The position numbers and the translations under genes are program-made. The notes beneath the pieces were generated by a model. That model had not been told where the DNA came from, made no database searches, and was given only the letters and a program-made list of their open reading frames with translations. This document shows positions 38,837 through 51,640 of a DNA stretch of 64,000 nt, in pieces. This DNA is from Octopus vulgaris (lineage: Eukaryota): the NCBI GenBank assembly GCA_951406725.2, contig OX597815.1, positions 49,290,001-49,354,000 on the forward strand. The letters are read 5' to 3'. Positions within the stretch are counted from its first letter, which is position 1; each line of letters opens with the position of its first letter.

Positions 38837-39824
38837 CAGGGTGCGTAAGATATTTGGAGACAGATTTATTTTTATAAAAACAGATATGTAATAACAGATA
38901 ATAACTTTATTTCTCAAAAATGCTATGAAGATAAAAATAAACCTTCGTTTCTATAATGTTATTCAATAAAGCCACCTTCAGCTTCAACAACTGCTTCTAT
39001 ATGAGATCTAAATCATCTACATGCTCGAATCAGTTGGTCCTTGTTCATTTTGGACATTATTCTGACTATGGCAGCTTTCATAGAATCTTTGGTGTTATGG
39101 GCATGATCATTGACTTCTCTCTCAATAACGCTCCACATATAATAGTCCAATGGACTGAGATCTGGGTAATTAGGAGGCCAAATGTTAAGGGATATGTGAT
39201 CATGAAAATTTTCAGCCATCCATTCCTATGTTACTAGAGCCATGTGTGATAGTGCAGAGTTTTATTGAAACACATATGACCTTCCATTACATATACTGTC
39301 TATGGAGAGCTTAAGAATTATTTCCAGGACCTCAATGTAAGTGGCAGAGTTAACTCTAAGGCTTTGGGGAAAGAAGTAAAGAGGACTTATATCTGATGTC
39401 TTTATGGACAACATTTCTGTCTGTTCCTTCTGACACATGGAGATCTTTTATAATTGACCTCATGGACTTTCTGTGACTGTAATCAATGGTCGGTTGAACT
39501 TGCTGGATAAATTCGGGTGTTCTGATGATTTCAGAGTGTTTAGAATGCTTTTTATGCCTTGATATTGGTGATACGTTTCCATCTTCAGTCTCTAGCTCCT
39601 TACAAACTTTGTAGATGAAAGATCTAGCAACTTTTAAAAATCGTGATATTTCATAATTGCTATGCTCTCAGCCTTTATAACCATAATAACAGCATGCCTC
39701 TTTATTTCTCGAGTAAGCTGAGGGTCTGCCATTATTATTTTCTGAAACAAAGATTATACAGAGTTAGCAAAAAATGCAGCAATGACCCAAAAAATGTATG
39801 TCCTCAAATACCTTATGCACCCTG
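38837..39824 (-). pseudogene. Internally deleted maT/DD37D-like Tc1/mariner transposon
   Basis: TIRs TA|cagggtgcgtaagatatttg and caaataccttatgcaccctg. ORF 39013-39219 encodes WPPNYPDLSPLDYYMWSVIEREVN (the WPPNSPDLNPLDY motif). Confidence 0.88.
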
Positions 39825-39954
39825 CACAATCTTCCCAGATGATCCTTTCTGCCTAAGTATCTAAATGCACTAGAATCCCCTATTGCTGAGTTTCAGACAG
39901 TTCTAATTGTGAAATGCATGTAGAAACTATAGTATAAACTTGATTTTATTTTTA

Positions 39955-39965
39955 TGTGTGTGAGT

Positions 39966-40023
<58 letters not shown>

Positions 40024-40198
40024 ACATATATATGTACGTATGCAGGTATGTATGTATGTATATATATATATATATATATGTATATATTCTGCTTTGAATT
40101 AAGGAATGGCGATGAGTGAAGATTCTGTAAAAAAGTATTATTATTTATAGAATACATATGTATATATACACACACACAAACAAACCTGTAAATATATA

Positions 40199-40232
<34 letters not shown>

Positions 40233-40256
40233 TATGAATGTATATACATATATATA

Positions 40257-40310
<54 letters not shown>

Positions 40311-40430
40311 CATATATATGTGTGTGTGTGTGTGCATGTATATATATATACAAAAGAATATATACATATATGTGCATACATACAAACATAAATATATATG
40401 CATATATATATACACATATATATGTATGTT

Positions 40431-40510
<80 letters not shown>

Positions 40511-40536
40511 CGTGTGTGTGTGTGTGTTGTGTGTGT
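39955..40536. repeat. (TG)n/(TA)n compound microsatellites
   Basis: Direct inspection. Confidence 0.95.
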
Positions 40537-41249
40537 AAACTTTTACTAGTTTGAGCTAGGAGCTGTGGCCATTCTGATACATAATTTAAGATATAATTAC
40601 CAAGAAAGACGAAATTTATAAAAAGTAAAACAGAAAATTCTAAAGAAAGACAAATTATTGATATCAATTGGAAAATTGCCATCATTGTCACCATCATTTC
40701 TTTCTTCTTTATTTTAAAGGATTGTCAAAAGCTGAAAATTATTTTTACACAAGCATGTTTTACCATTAATAAATTGAGATTCATAAATAGCATTCATTCA
40801 AAGAATTTGAAGAAAGCAAACTTTGTCTTAGAACACTGATGGTCAAACTCGTTGTAATGGGCATACTTTTTGTTGTTATGGTCAAACTCAATGTCATCAT
40901 CATGAAACTCATTGTCAGATTGGTCAAAATCAGTGTGATCAAACTCATTGTTGTATGGCCAAACTCTAAATCAGCATGGTCAAACTCTTTGTTGTGATGG
41001 TCAATCTCTTTGTCATAATGGTCTAAGTATTTGTTGTTATGTTCAAACTCTTCGTCAACGCAGCTGAATTCTTCATCACATGATCAAACACTTTGTCATC
41101 ATCATTAAACTCATCGTTAGACTGATCAAAGTCAATGCCATGATACTCACACCATTTGTCATTGTGGTCAAACTTATTGTTGTCATGGCTAAACGTTTTG
41201 CTGCTATGACCAAACACTTAATCAACATGGTCAAATCTCTGTTGTCATA

Positions 41250-41610
41250 CAGCTCTATATTTAAGAGATGAGGAATTACATACATTATTTACAATTGACG
41301 GATATTTGTCCTCATCTTGTTTGTTGTTAACACAATGTTTTGGCTGATTTACCCTCCAGCCTTCATCAGGTGTCTTGGGGAAATTTTGAACCTGGGTTCT
41401 CATTCCTAAAGTATTTTTCGATGTTATTATTATTATTATTATTATCATTATTATTATTATTATACAGGTCACTGCTTGGAATCAAACTCAGAATCTTGGA
41501 GTTTGTAGCCCGCGCTCTTAACCACTACGCCATATGCCCAGGCAAAACGTTGTGTTAACAACAAACAAGATGAGGACAAATATCCATCAATTGTAAATAA
41601 TGTACATAAT
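41250..41610 (-). mobile_element. Family P hammerhead SINE, copy 2, with inverted duplicate of its 3' part and 12-bp TSD
   Basis: Minus element at 41250-41539. 41543-41610 is an inverted copy of 41275-41341. ctctgttgtcat flanks both sides (41237-41248 and 41614-41625). Confidence 0.88.
41329..41374 (-). ncRNA. Minimal (Penelope-type) type I hammerhead motif, G12 mutated
   Basis: Minus: GACAC-CUGAUGA-A-GGCUGG[AGGGUAAA]UCAGCC-aAAA-CaU-U-GUGUU. The inverted copy at 41543 keeps AAACGUUGUGUU (palindromic ACGU stem III). CCAAAA is read as CpG decay of CCGAAA (inference). Confidence 0.65.
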
Positions 41611-42611
41611 ATACTCTGTTGTCATGTTCAAATTCTTTGCCATGATGGTCAAACTTTTTGTCATGTTGGTCAAACTCTTTGTTGTCATTGTCAAATTCTT
41701 TGTTGTTATGGTCAGACTCTTTGCTGTAATGTTCAAAGATGTTGTCATGTTCAAACTCTTTGTCAACATGGCCGAATCCTTCCTCAACATGATCAAATGC
41801 TTTGTCACTATAATCTGACATTTTGTCCTCATAGTCAAACTCTTTGTTCTAATGGCTATTGATGTTGTTGTCCTGATCAAACACTTAATTGGGATGGTCA
41901 AATACTTGTGCCTCAGTTAATTTCACAAAGGCTGTCTTATCTTCTCAACTTGTGTATTTTTTGAAAGATAGATATTCAGGGAATTAAAATTGTTTACCAA
42001 TTCTATATTTTTAAATCTATTTACTCTCTTCAGTTGCTCTTCCACTTCACATCATTGCATCTACCACCAAACATCTTATCTTATCTCAACCACAGTTTTG
42101 AGTTCAGTCTTGTTGTATGGCACCTTGGGCAAATGCTGGGCTGACCAAAGCCTTGTGGGTTTATTTGGTTGATGGAAACTTAAAATAACCCCTTGTTTGT
42201 TTTGGTATATGCATACATATGTATGTCAATATTCAGTTTTATTTCAAGATTTCTTGCCAATAGAGAAAGAGCTAGTTTCTAACCTAGACCCAAGGTTCCT
42301 TCATTGGAATTTCAACATCAACAACAGGGTATGTATGTATGTTTACATGCAGATTTGTATGTTTTGTTTTATGTTTGTCTTCTAGTGCATATACTTGCAT
42401 ATCTAGACAGGCTCATATATACTTAAATGACAAACTTCTGTAAGTATGTATGCATGTATGTTTGTTTATGTGCATGGGTGTGTGTCTCTGTGTTTGAGTC
42501 TCCTTGTTTCAACATCACGTGATTGTTATGAACGAGTGTCAAGATTTTTATCATACAAACAATCTCTCATTTTTAGTCTTCTGTGAAAACACACCCAGCC
42601 TTGGTAAAACA

Positions 42612-42890
42612 TTGGTTTTAAATTTTGGCACAAGGCCAGCAAGTTTGGGGCAGGTGTTAAGCCAATTGCCTCGACCCCCAGTGCTTAACTGGTACTTAGT
42701 TTATTGATCACAAAAGAATGAAAGAACAAAGTCAGCCTCGGATGCGGCCTTGGTTATATATATATTAGCTTGCTTTGAAACGGTAAGAATTGGTGACAGG
42801 AACGACATCTGACTGTTTGTAAATCTACCGCAACAAGTTCCATCTGCCCCATACAAGCATGGAAAAATGGATGTTAAAATGATGATAATG
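42612..42890. mobile_element. SINE family C piece (-, 42612-42745) and family B-like 3' end (+, 42770-42890) seeding a (GAT)n tract to ~43120
   Basis: ggcacaaggccagc...cgacccccagtgct; ggtgacaggaacgacatct...aagcatggaaaaatggatgttaaaatgatgat. Confidence 0.7.
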
Positions 42891-42904
42891 ATGATGCTAC
42901 TGCT

Positions 42905-42950
<46 letters not shown>

Positions 42951-44344
42951 TCGATGATGATGACAATGACAATGAAGATGATGATGATGATGATAACAAT
43001 GACAATGAAGATGATGATGATGATGATGACAACACCAATGATGATGGAGATGGTGATGATGATGGAGATGGTGATGATGATGACAACAATGATAACGATG
43101 ACGATGATCATTATGATGACGACACTACATTGTTTTTCTATAAAATGCAAGAATATATTTATAGCTCCGAGAAAGTTTTCTAAAACCTCTTACCCCCTAT
43201 AATATTTTCTCTAAGTAATCTTCCCAATTTGTTGTGCTACAGGAACTAAATCAACACAAAACTATATCAAATAGCAAGCAATTCAAATATATAAGCAAAG
43301 AAACAAACAGTTATATATTTGTCCTGTGTCATTGGATATTTTTGTTACTCTGTAAGACAAAGGCATCTGAAGCAGTAAATGCTTGATAAGGAAACATCTA
43401 ATCAAACTATGAAGATATATTTTTCTTTTTTCTTTTTTCTTTTCAGAAAATCTTCAGAATGGTTGCTCTCTTCACTGCTTCTAAAGTGGTATAAAGAAGT
43501 AGTACATCTAACATTGCAGTTTGTATAGCTTCTATGGACCCTTCTCACTTCTTGAAATAACTCATGAAATAAAATAAATAAAGTAAAATAGAAAAAATAA
43601 ATGTATCCCATAGCCATCCATGTGTAAAAAAATAACAAAAACAAAAACAAAAAAAAAATTGCTTGCACTTTATTTAACAGTCCATGCGTATTGATTTTAA
43701 ATGTGTTAAAGAAAATAAAGTCTTCATACACTTGGAAGCATTTTATTTTTATAACTTTAAAACATTCTAATAAATTCCAGTTTTGTTGTTTAGGAAAAGA
43801 CAAAGAATATAAAAACAAAAAAATAACAAAAAACTGGGAATTCTGAAAAGAAACTTAACTAAATTTCTAAAATTTTATGGAAACTTTTAAAGATATTTCG
43901 TGTTATGTTCAATGAAATTTACAGATAAATTTATCTTAGATACATAGCGCAACTGAATTTCACTTGTTTAAATTGTTAGTTAGCTATTTGGAAAAACATA
44001 GAAACTGATGCCATTGCTGTATGTCTCTGCAGAAAGATCCCAGAGCAAGAATAAGCTGTTACTATAAAAACCAAGGTGACTCCATGACTGTTGAATTCTC
44101 TAGTACAAAGTACTAATTATCCCCATCACCACATCACAGTTTCTCTGTAATCTTGTTTTAGATATTCTCTGTTTTTAATGTATCCAACAAATAGAAGGAA
44201 GTTACAATGACCTACAGAAAATAGTTCAATTCTTGTATACAATTTATAATTTCGATTTGTGAAGAATAACTGCTATGTCAAGGAATTATTACTACTCAAT
44301 TTCAAGTTCTTATTTTGAAATGGTTAAAAGATTTCAGCAAAAAT

Positions 44345-44760
44345 AGGTGCTGGCATGGCTGTGTGATAAGATGTGGTTATGGCTGTGTGGTAAGAAGCTT
44401 CCCAGCCACATGGTTCCAGGTTCAGTCCCATTGCGTGGCATCTTCGGCAAGTGTCTTCTACTATAGCTTCAGGCTGACCAAAGCCCTGTGAGTGGATTTT
44501 TTGTAGACAGAAACTGAAAGAAGCCCATAGTATATATGCATATGTGTGTGTGTGTTTGTCCCTTACAACTGTTTGACAACCAGTATTGGTGTGTTTATGT
44601 CCCCGTAACTTAGTGGTTCAGCAAAAGAAACCAATAGAATAAGTATCTGGCTTTAAAGAATACAAGCCTTAGAATCAACTTGTTTGATAAAAATTCTTTA
44701 ATATGGTGCCCCAGCATGGCCACTGTTTGATAACTAAAACAAGTAAAAGATAAAAGGTAA
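44345..44760 (+). mobile_element. SINE family A, full length with duplicated head segment
   Basis: atggctgtgtg occurs twice at 44356-44390; the rest is collinear with 15684-16085. Confidence 0.88.
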
Positions 44761-44842
44761 AGTCCTCATACACTTAATATTTCTGGGTTGATACCATTTC
44801 ACTTATACTAGACATATTACTAGGTTATACAGTAAGCAGTGT

Positions 44843-45165
44843 GAAGGCATGTGGCTTCGTGGTTAAGGTATTTGGCTCATGATTATAAGGTCATGAGTTC
44901 AATTCCCAGTGATGCATTGTGTCCTTGAGCAAAACTCTTTATTTCACATTGCTCCAGTCCACTCAGCTGCCGAAAATGAGTAGTACTTATATTCAAAGGG
45001 CCCACCTCATCGCATTCTGTATCATGCTAAATCTCCTTGAGAACTACGTGAAGGGTACATGTGCTTGTGGAATGCTCAACCATTTACATGTTAAATTCAT
45101 GAGCAGGCTGTTCCATTGATCAGATCAACTGGAACCCTCATCACCGTAACCAACGGAGTGCCATA
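44843..45165 (+). mobile_element. tRNA-derived SINE family D
   Basis: gaaggcatgTGGCTTCGTGGttaagg...GAGTTCAATTCCc...gtccttgagcaaaactctttatttcacattgctccagtccactcagct. Confidence 0.88.
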
Positions 45166-45819
45166 TATATTTTAGATATAAAAACGTAATTCTATGCACC
45201 CACAAGAGATAATATATTCTTTGAGAGTTATTGTTTTGTTCTTTTGCCATCATGATATAATCTTGCCAAAATTTATTTTCAAATCTAATGATATGCACTT
45301 GGAAACATGGGAAGCCATGGTATTCACCTCTTCAGCAAGACACAACCATATTTTCCTCTATGATACTGCTGCCTTCTTCAAAATTATACCCTGCTTAGTT
45401 GAGCAGAGTGGGTCTTGTCTTGGGAGTTACTTGGTGACCCCACTTAGTGCTAGTGCCAAGGAAAAAGTACTCAGTTTATTCTGAAAAGTAGTTGGAGTTA
45501 GGAAGGGCACCCAACTGTAGAAACTATGACAAAGGCGACACTGGATCTTGGTGCAGTCCTCTGTCATTGGTTCCTGCCAAAAAGGACATTAAATGACAAT
45601 GATGTTTATTGTGATGATGATGACGATGATGATGGAATAGAGATTATCACTGGTTGCAGTGTTATTTTTTTCAGTTTCTTACTGATCCAGGCATATTGAT
45701 ACCACCATCATTTTTATAACTACTTTTGCGTGCTGGCATCAGTTAAACAAGACTTCTTGAGGTTATTATTCCAGGGTAGGAAATCCCTTCCTAATGTCAA
45801 TGCCCTTACTCATTTTCAA

Positions 45820-46540
45820 ATACCTTGAAGAATCTTTAGTTCAATGAAGTGATTCTAGTTCTTATTTTTTTTAAAGCCTGGTACTTTTTGTATCTTTTTC
45901 TTTTGCCTAATCAATAAGTTATGAGGATATAAACACACCTACACTGGTTGCCAAGCAGTCATGGGGGACAAACACACACTATTTGTGGGTGTGTGTGTGT
46001 GTGTAGGATTGGCTTCTTTTAGTTTCCTCCATTTCTTTCAGTTTCAAATCCACTCAAAAGACTTTGGTCAGTTTGAGGCTATAGTAGAAAACACTTTCCC
46101 AAGGTGCCACAAAGTGGGACTGAACCCAGAATCATATGGTTGGGAAGCAAACTTCTTACCACACAGCTACACTTGGGTCTCTTTATATATTAGTATGGTC
46201 CAGTAAAAATAAATAAATTAATTAATTAATGAATAAAAGCTGTGACTGTATGGCCTTCACATGCCTTCTGTCTCTAGTAACATTAATATCATTAAAATCT
46301 GTCTTTAAACGGTTGTAATTCAACATCCTCAACACACAGAAGGTTGTGAGTTCAAAAATCGTTGGAACCTACTATTTTTAGGCACAGGCATGGCTGTATG
46401 GTAAGAAGCTTGCTTTCCAACCACATGGTTCTGGATTCAGTCCCACCGTGTGGCACCTTGGTCAAGTGTTTTCTGCTATAACCTCGGGTCAACCAAAACT
46501 TAGTGAATGGATTTGGTAGACAAAAACTGAATGATGCCTG

Positions 46541-46615
<75 letters not shown>

Positions 46616-46940
46616 CATTTACCTTTTCTTTAAGGTGCAGGTGTGACTGTGTGGTTAGAAGCTTGCTTCCCAACCACATGGTTCCAAATTCAGTCCCACA
46701 AAGACATGTGTGTGTCATTGTGCTTGTGTTTATCCCCCATCACTGATTGACTACTGGTGTTGGTGTATTTACACCCCCATAACTTAGCAGTGTGTTCAAA
46801 GAAACTGATAGAATAAGTACAAGGCTTAAAAAAAGAATAAGTCCTGGGGTTGATTTGTTCAACTAAAACACTTCAAGGTGGTGTTCTAGCATGGCCACAG
46901 TCAAATGACTGTAACAAATAAAAGAATAAAAGAATAAAGG
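45820..46940. mobile_element. Cluster of SINE family A copies (- 45820-46180; + 46380-46545; + 46633-46940)
   Basis: Family-diagnostic motifs. Confidence 0.85.
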
Positions 46941-47354
46941 AATTTACAGAGAGGGAATTCCAGAAAGCTGAGATTCTAGGGAAAAAAAGAACCAGGAACA
47001 CAATAAGGTACAATAAGATACATAATAGGACAAATGAAAGAGAGAGGAGTAAAAGTCAAGAAGATAACGAAAGTTATATTAGACTGTCTTACCAAAGTCA
47101 CCTTTATGACTCACCTTGCAAATAAAGTTACTAGTGAGTATAATGTATGACTGAAAGGAAAGAAGAAGAAAGTTATTAGTGTCATGAATACAATGAGATT
47201 TAGAAGGAAATAATTGGATCAAATTTGATGATGTTAAACTGAACAGGTGAAAAGATGTAAGAATTTAAGTTATGGCTGATGAGAAGTGGATGTATATATC
47301 TCACTATGCCAGTATAATAATATTAAATAAAAAAAGTCCTTAAAACTGGTGATT

Positions 47355-47474
47355 AGTATGATGAGGAAGATGATGATGAGAAGGAGGAGGAAGATGAAGA
47401 GGAGGAAGAGAAAGAGGGTGGTGGTGGTGAAGGAGGAGGAGGAGGTGAAAGGGAGATAGTGGTTGTGGTTGTAG

Positions 47475-47505
<31 letters not shown>

Positions 47506-47945
47506 AAAGATGGTGAGGTGGGGATTTATGATGGTGATGATAATGACGACAAGGATAAGGAGGAGGAGGTGATAATGATAGTGATGATAATGATTGGGAG
47601 ATTAATAGTGGTGATGATGATGAGGATGTGGAGGGAGAAGAAGAGGGAGAGATGATGATAATAACGAGGGAATTCATGGTGGTGATGATGAGGGAATTCA
47701 TGGTAGTGATGATGATGATGACAATGAGCAGGAAGAAGAGATGGAGGAGGAGATAATGCTGCTGCTGATGGTGGTGGTGGCAAAAATGGTAATAAAAATG
47801 AGAAAATTTAGCTGTATGAAGAGGAAATACAATTATAATAATGATGATGACAATGATGATGACAATGACGATGATGATGGTGAGGATGATGATGGAAAAA
47901 AATAAAGTCGCTACATCATCATCATCAGCAGCAGCAGCAGCAGCA
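47355..47945. repeat. (GAT/GAG/GGT/CAG)n low-complexity block
   Basis: Direct inspection. Confidence 0.9.
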
Positions 47946-48300
47946 GGAGGAGCAATGGCCCAGTGGTTAGGGCAGCAGACTCGTGGTCGGAGGATCATGG
48001 TTTCGATTCCCAGACCAGGCGTTGTGTGTGTTTATTGAGCGAAAACACCTAAAGCTCCACGAAGCTCTGGCAGGGGGTAGTGGCAACCCTTGTTGTAGTC
48101 TTTCGCCCTGACTTTCTCTCTCTCTTTCTTCCTGTTTCTTTTCCCTGACTTCCTGCACAACTGCTGAGCCTGGATGTGCATTCATCCATCCGTCGATGCT
48201 CTCGGTGTAGTGGGTTGACCTGCTTTCTCTTCTGCGGGTCTTACGAATAGCAAAGGACCACGGTTCGGACTTCTCCCACTGCAAGCTCTGGGACAAAGAC
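47946..48300 (+). mobile_element. tRNA-derived SINE family G
   Basis: ggaggagcaaTGGCCCAGTGGttagggc...GGTTTCGATTCCc. Shares ~190 bp with 911-1195, after which the 3' bodies diverge. Confidence 0.85.
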
Positions 48301-48420
48301 TGCTTGCTCAACAGCAACCACTCGCTCAACAGCAGCAGCAGCATTTAATGTGCACTTTTGCTGAGGCAGATCATCTACAGCTGGATGCCATTCCTGTCAT
48401 CAACCTTCATCTTTTTCCAA

Positions 48421-48915
48421 TATACCCATCATGACTACCCGTCTGATAAAGGTACACCAGGCACATGCATCACAACCATATGTGCGCGACTTGGTGATCT
48501 CATATCAAGATAAACAGCACATGACCTTGCAGGTGGGGCCCAGTTAGAATTTTCTTCAGGTTGAGTAGCCCATCCCGCTCAAAAGGTCCCTGAATAAGGG
48601 TTGTTTAAGGATGTTGAAAGAACCACCCATGTTTCCAGAGGTGAATTATTCAAACCCCAAAGAATCCCTCTAAACACATGGCTATGATGCTCCCCCACTA
48701 CTTCTGCTCGTGATCAGAGATGCACATATCGTCAGCCACTAAGGGACATGCTCAACTGGTTAAGGTCAAACAACTGACGAGCAAATCTGTGGTATTGAGC
48801 AGAATATTTGCTGTAGCCCATCTTTTATACCAAGACAAAACAATGTACATGATAACACTTCCAATCAGTTAAGATCAGAAGCCATGAGAGCCACTGCCTG
48901 GTACTGCATCAGGGC

Positions 48916-48917
<2 letters not shown>
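48421..48917 (-). mobile_element. Family H element, copy 2, adjoining (AAT)n
   Basis: Reverse complement of 7360-7830, with the same end point next to (AAT)n. Confidence 0.88.
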
Positions 48918-48981
<64 letters not shown>

Positions 48982-49001
48982 CATCATCATTATTATTATT
49001 A

Positions 49002-49048
49002 TTCAGGTCACTGCCTTCAATCGAACTCAGAATCTTGAGGTTAGTAGT
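49002..49048 (-). mobile_element. Family P tRNA-head fragment
   Basis: ttcaggtcactgccttcaatcgaactcagaatcttgaggttagta matches 22003-22047 and retains a GTTCGA B-box on the minus strand. Confidence 0.75.
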
Positions 49049-49229
49049 ATTGAGTGTCACATAACTTGGCAACAATAGCTGTAGAATTTGGTACTTACAT
49101 CTGTAGAATTTGGTAGCAACTGCTACAAAACTGAGAGTTTCCAATATCCATACTAAAATTGATTTAGCTATTGATTCTATAAGGCAACTAGGTTAATTAC
49201 AGTTTACTGATTACATTAACTACAGGCAG

Positions 49230-49450
49230 GTAGGCTCACAATCATGTGGTAGTGAGTTCAATTCCTGTTGTGTTCTTGAGCAAGACACTTTATTTCACAT
49301 TGCTCTACTTCACTCAGCTGTAGAAATGAGTTGTGACATCAAAGGTGCCAAGTTTTATTGGCCTTTGCCTTTCCATTGGAAACATCGGTGGTGTAGAGAA
49401 GAGAGGCTGGTATACATGGGTGACTGTTAGTATTCCATAAACAACCTTAC
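49230..49450 (+). mobile_element. SINE family D variant
   Basis: Collinear with 20680-20900. Confidence 0.8.
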
Positions 49451-49907
49451 CATATGTAAGTAGAAAACTGGATGCCCATTCATGGCTGGAATGCCTTTGA
49501 TCAAATGCTTTTGTTCAATCAGAACTGACCTGGGAATAAAAACAGCAACATCACTAACCACAAGCAAAGACCTTTAAAATAACACCTTTTCTTTGATTTT
49601 TTTTTTTCTGAGATGCTTTTGGTAGCAATTTTTTTGGTTTTTTTTCATTATCAAACCTTTTTGTAGGTTCATGAATGACTGTAAAAACAAAAAAAAAAAG
49701 AAAGAATGGAAGGAAGAAAGAAAAACTATTGAAACAATCAATGCTAAACTGTTGGTTGTTAATGAAAATGAATCAGCAGCAGGTTAGGCATGCGAGAAGG
49801 CAGTGGTGGAGGGGATAATTAGGTAATTCATCTAGTGTCGAGGTAGAGAAAAGTAAAGGTGAGAAAGAAAAGACTGACTTATATATATATATATGTGTAT
49901 ATATATG

Positions 49908-49953
<46 letters not shown>

Positions 49954-50239
49954 GTTAGGATTAGATGAAACCTTGAATAAAACAGGTGAACAAGCGGAAA
50001 TAAGCCTTGTCCACAGTGCCGATATCACAACATAACCATAATACTTCCTGGCTGAAATAAAACAGATATATTTTTCTGTTTTTTTTTTTGGTTATTGGAT
50101 TTGAAAGCAGGAAGAGGACGGTGCCAGGTGTTGCTAATGAATAGCACTTAATAACTTCAGTGTGGCTAATGAATTGCACCGAGTGACCTCAGAGACTGGC
50201 AAATGGTGGGAGGGAGTGGAAGAAGGCTGTGAATTGTGT

Positions 50240-50569
50240 ATATGAGTGTTTGTATGTGTGTGTGTGTGTGTGTGCGTGTGCACAATTGTGTGTTTGTAAG
50301 TGTGTGTGGGTGTGTGCCTGTGTGTGTGTATCGGGAAGGGGTGGTAGGAGATTCAATGACACTCTAGAAGTGTGCACACATGCACGTCCAAATACATCCA
50401 CATGCAGACGCATAATAACATGTATAAAATAAACATATTTATGTCTACCTTTGTTTATATACTCCTGTGTTTCATAACAGTGTCTGTGTTCGTGAGTATA
50501 TACATATATATATACTGTTATCATAAATATACATATATATTTGTATATATCCACATACATGCATAAACA

Positions 50570-50608
<39 letters not shown>

Positions 50609-51020
50609 ATATATATGTATGTATGTGTGTGTATGTATATACAAATACTTATATATATATGAATGTTTATTTTCAATATTTGTTAATTATTTCTAGTGCC
50701 ATATTTGAATTATATACTCTCTAGTATGTATGAATGTTGAAATGCATCTACTATATGTGGTTATGTGTGTGTTTGTGTGTACTTGTGTGTGTGTGTATGT
50801 GTGTATGTGTGTGTGTGTGTGCGCTAGAGGAAACAGAGAATATAGAATTAACTATTTGTATTAATGTTTATATACTCAACAGAGTTCCTTTATATTTCCT
50901 GCCTGTCACTCTCCACCCAGCCTCTCCTCTCTCACTTTCTTACACACACATGCATACATACATACAAACACACACACACACACATGCATACATACATACA
51001 TACACACATACATACATACA

Positions 51021-51056
<36 letters not shown>

Positions 51057-51640
51057 TACACATACATAAACATAGACACACCTTACATTAAATGATATGT
51101 ATCTTAAATATATCATTATATATGCATGCATGTATTTGTGTGTTTGTATGGGTGCATATGTGTCTTTAAGTGTGTGTATATTTATGCATATAATTTACAT
51201 GAATGTAAATATTTTTAAGCTTTAGTACATGGGTTAAGTAGCCATACACAAAAGAGCAATATAATCTATACATGTATATTTTTTCCGTCACTATGCATAT
51301 GCAGACATACATACATGTATGTGTGTATATATATATGTATGTAAATATATATATGTGTATATATATATACATGTTTGCATCAGTGCCTACAAAAGTGACA
51401 AAAGTATATGTGTGCTGTACAAGCATATGCATACGTACATATTCTGGTATGCATGTATATGTATAATTCTATATAGTCTTTGTATTCTGTTCTTCAAGAA
51501 TATGAATGGTGTAATTCACGTGTCTATATATACAATTATGTTGTGTGTGTATTTGTGTATATATTTGTATGTCTATCAAATCCTGCTCCTGTATGTATGA
51601 ATATATATGATATAAATGTGTATATGTGTATGTGTGGTCA
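50240..51640. repeat. Extended (TG/CA/TA/CATA)n low-complexity region
   Basis: Direct inspection. Confidence 0.9.

Larger units (their letters stand above)
40838..41903. repeat. Diverged 21-bp minisatellite (consensus ~tggtcaaactctttgttgtca) interrupted by a family P SINE
   Basis: ggtcaaa/gttcaaa/gatcaaa recurs about every 21 bp on both sides of 41250-41610. Confidence 0.9.

Noticed and set aside
40838-41903. CRISPR-like repeat array
   Set aside because: Contiguous 21-bp diverged units without unique spacers, eukaryotic context, no cas genes.
43420-43575. Strong splice acceptor followed by AATAAA
   Set aside because: All three frames stop within ~90 nt and there is no linked exon; cannot be distinguished from a chance pyrimidine tract.
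47270-47998. 242-aa His/Ile/Ser-rich ORF
   Set aside because: Triplet microsatellite plus SINE head; no domain.
47946-48020. tRNA gene
   Set aside because: A/B boxes are present but there is no acceptor stem and it continues into a multi-copy SINE body; the same holds for the other SINE heads.
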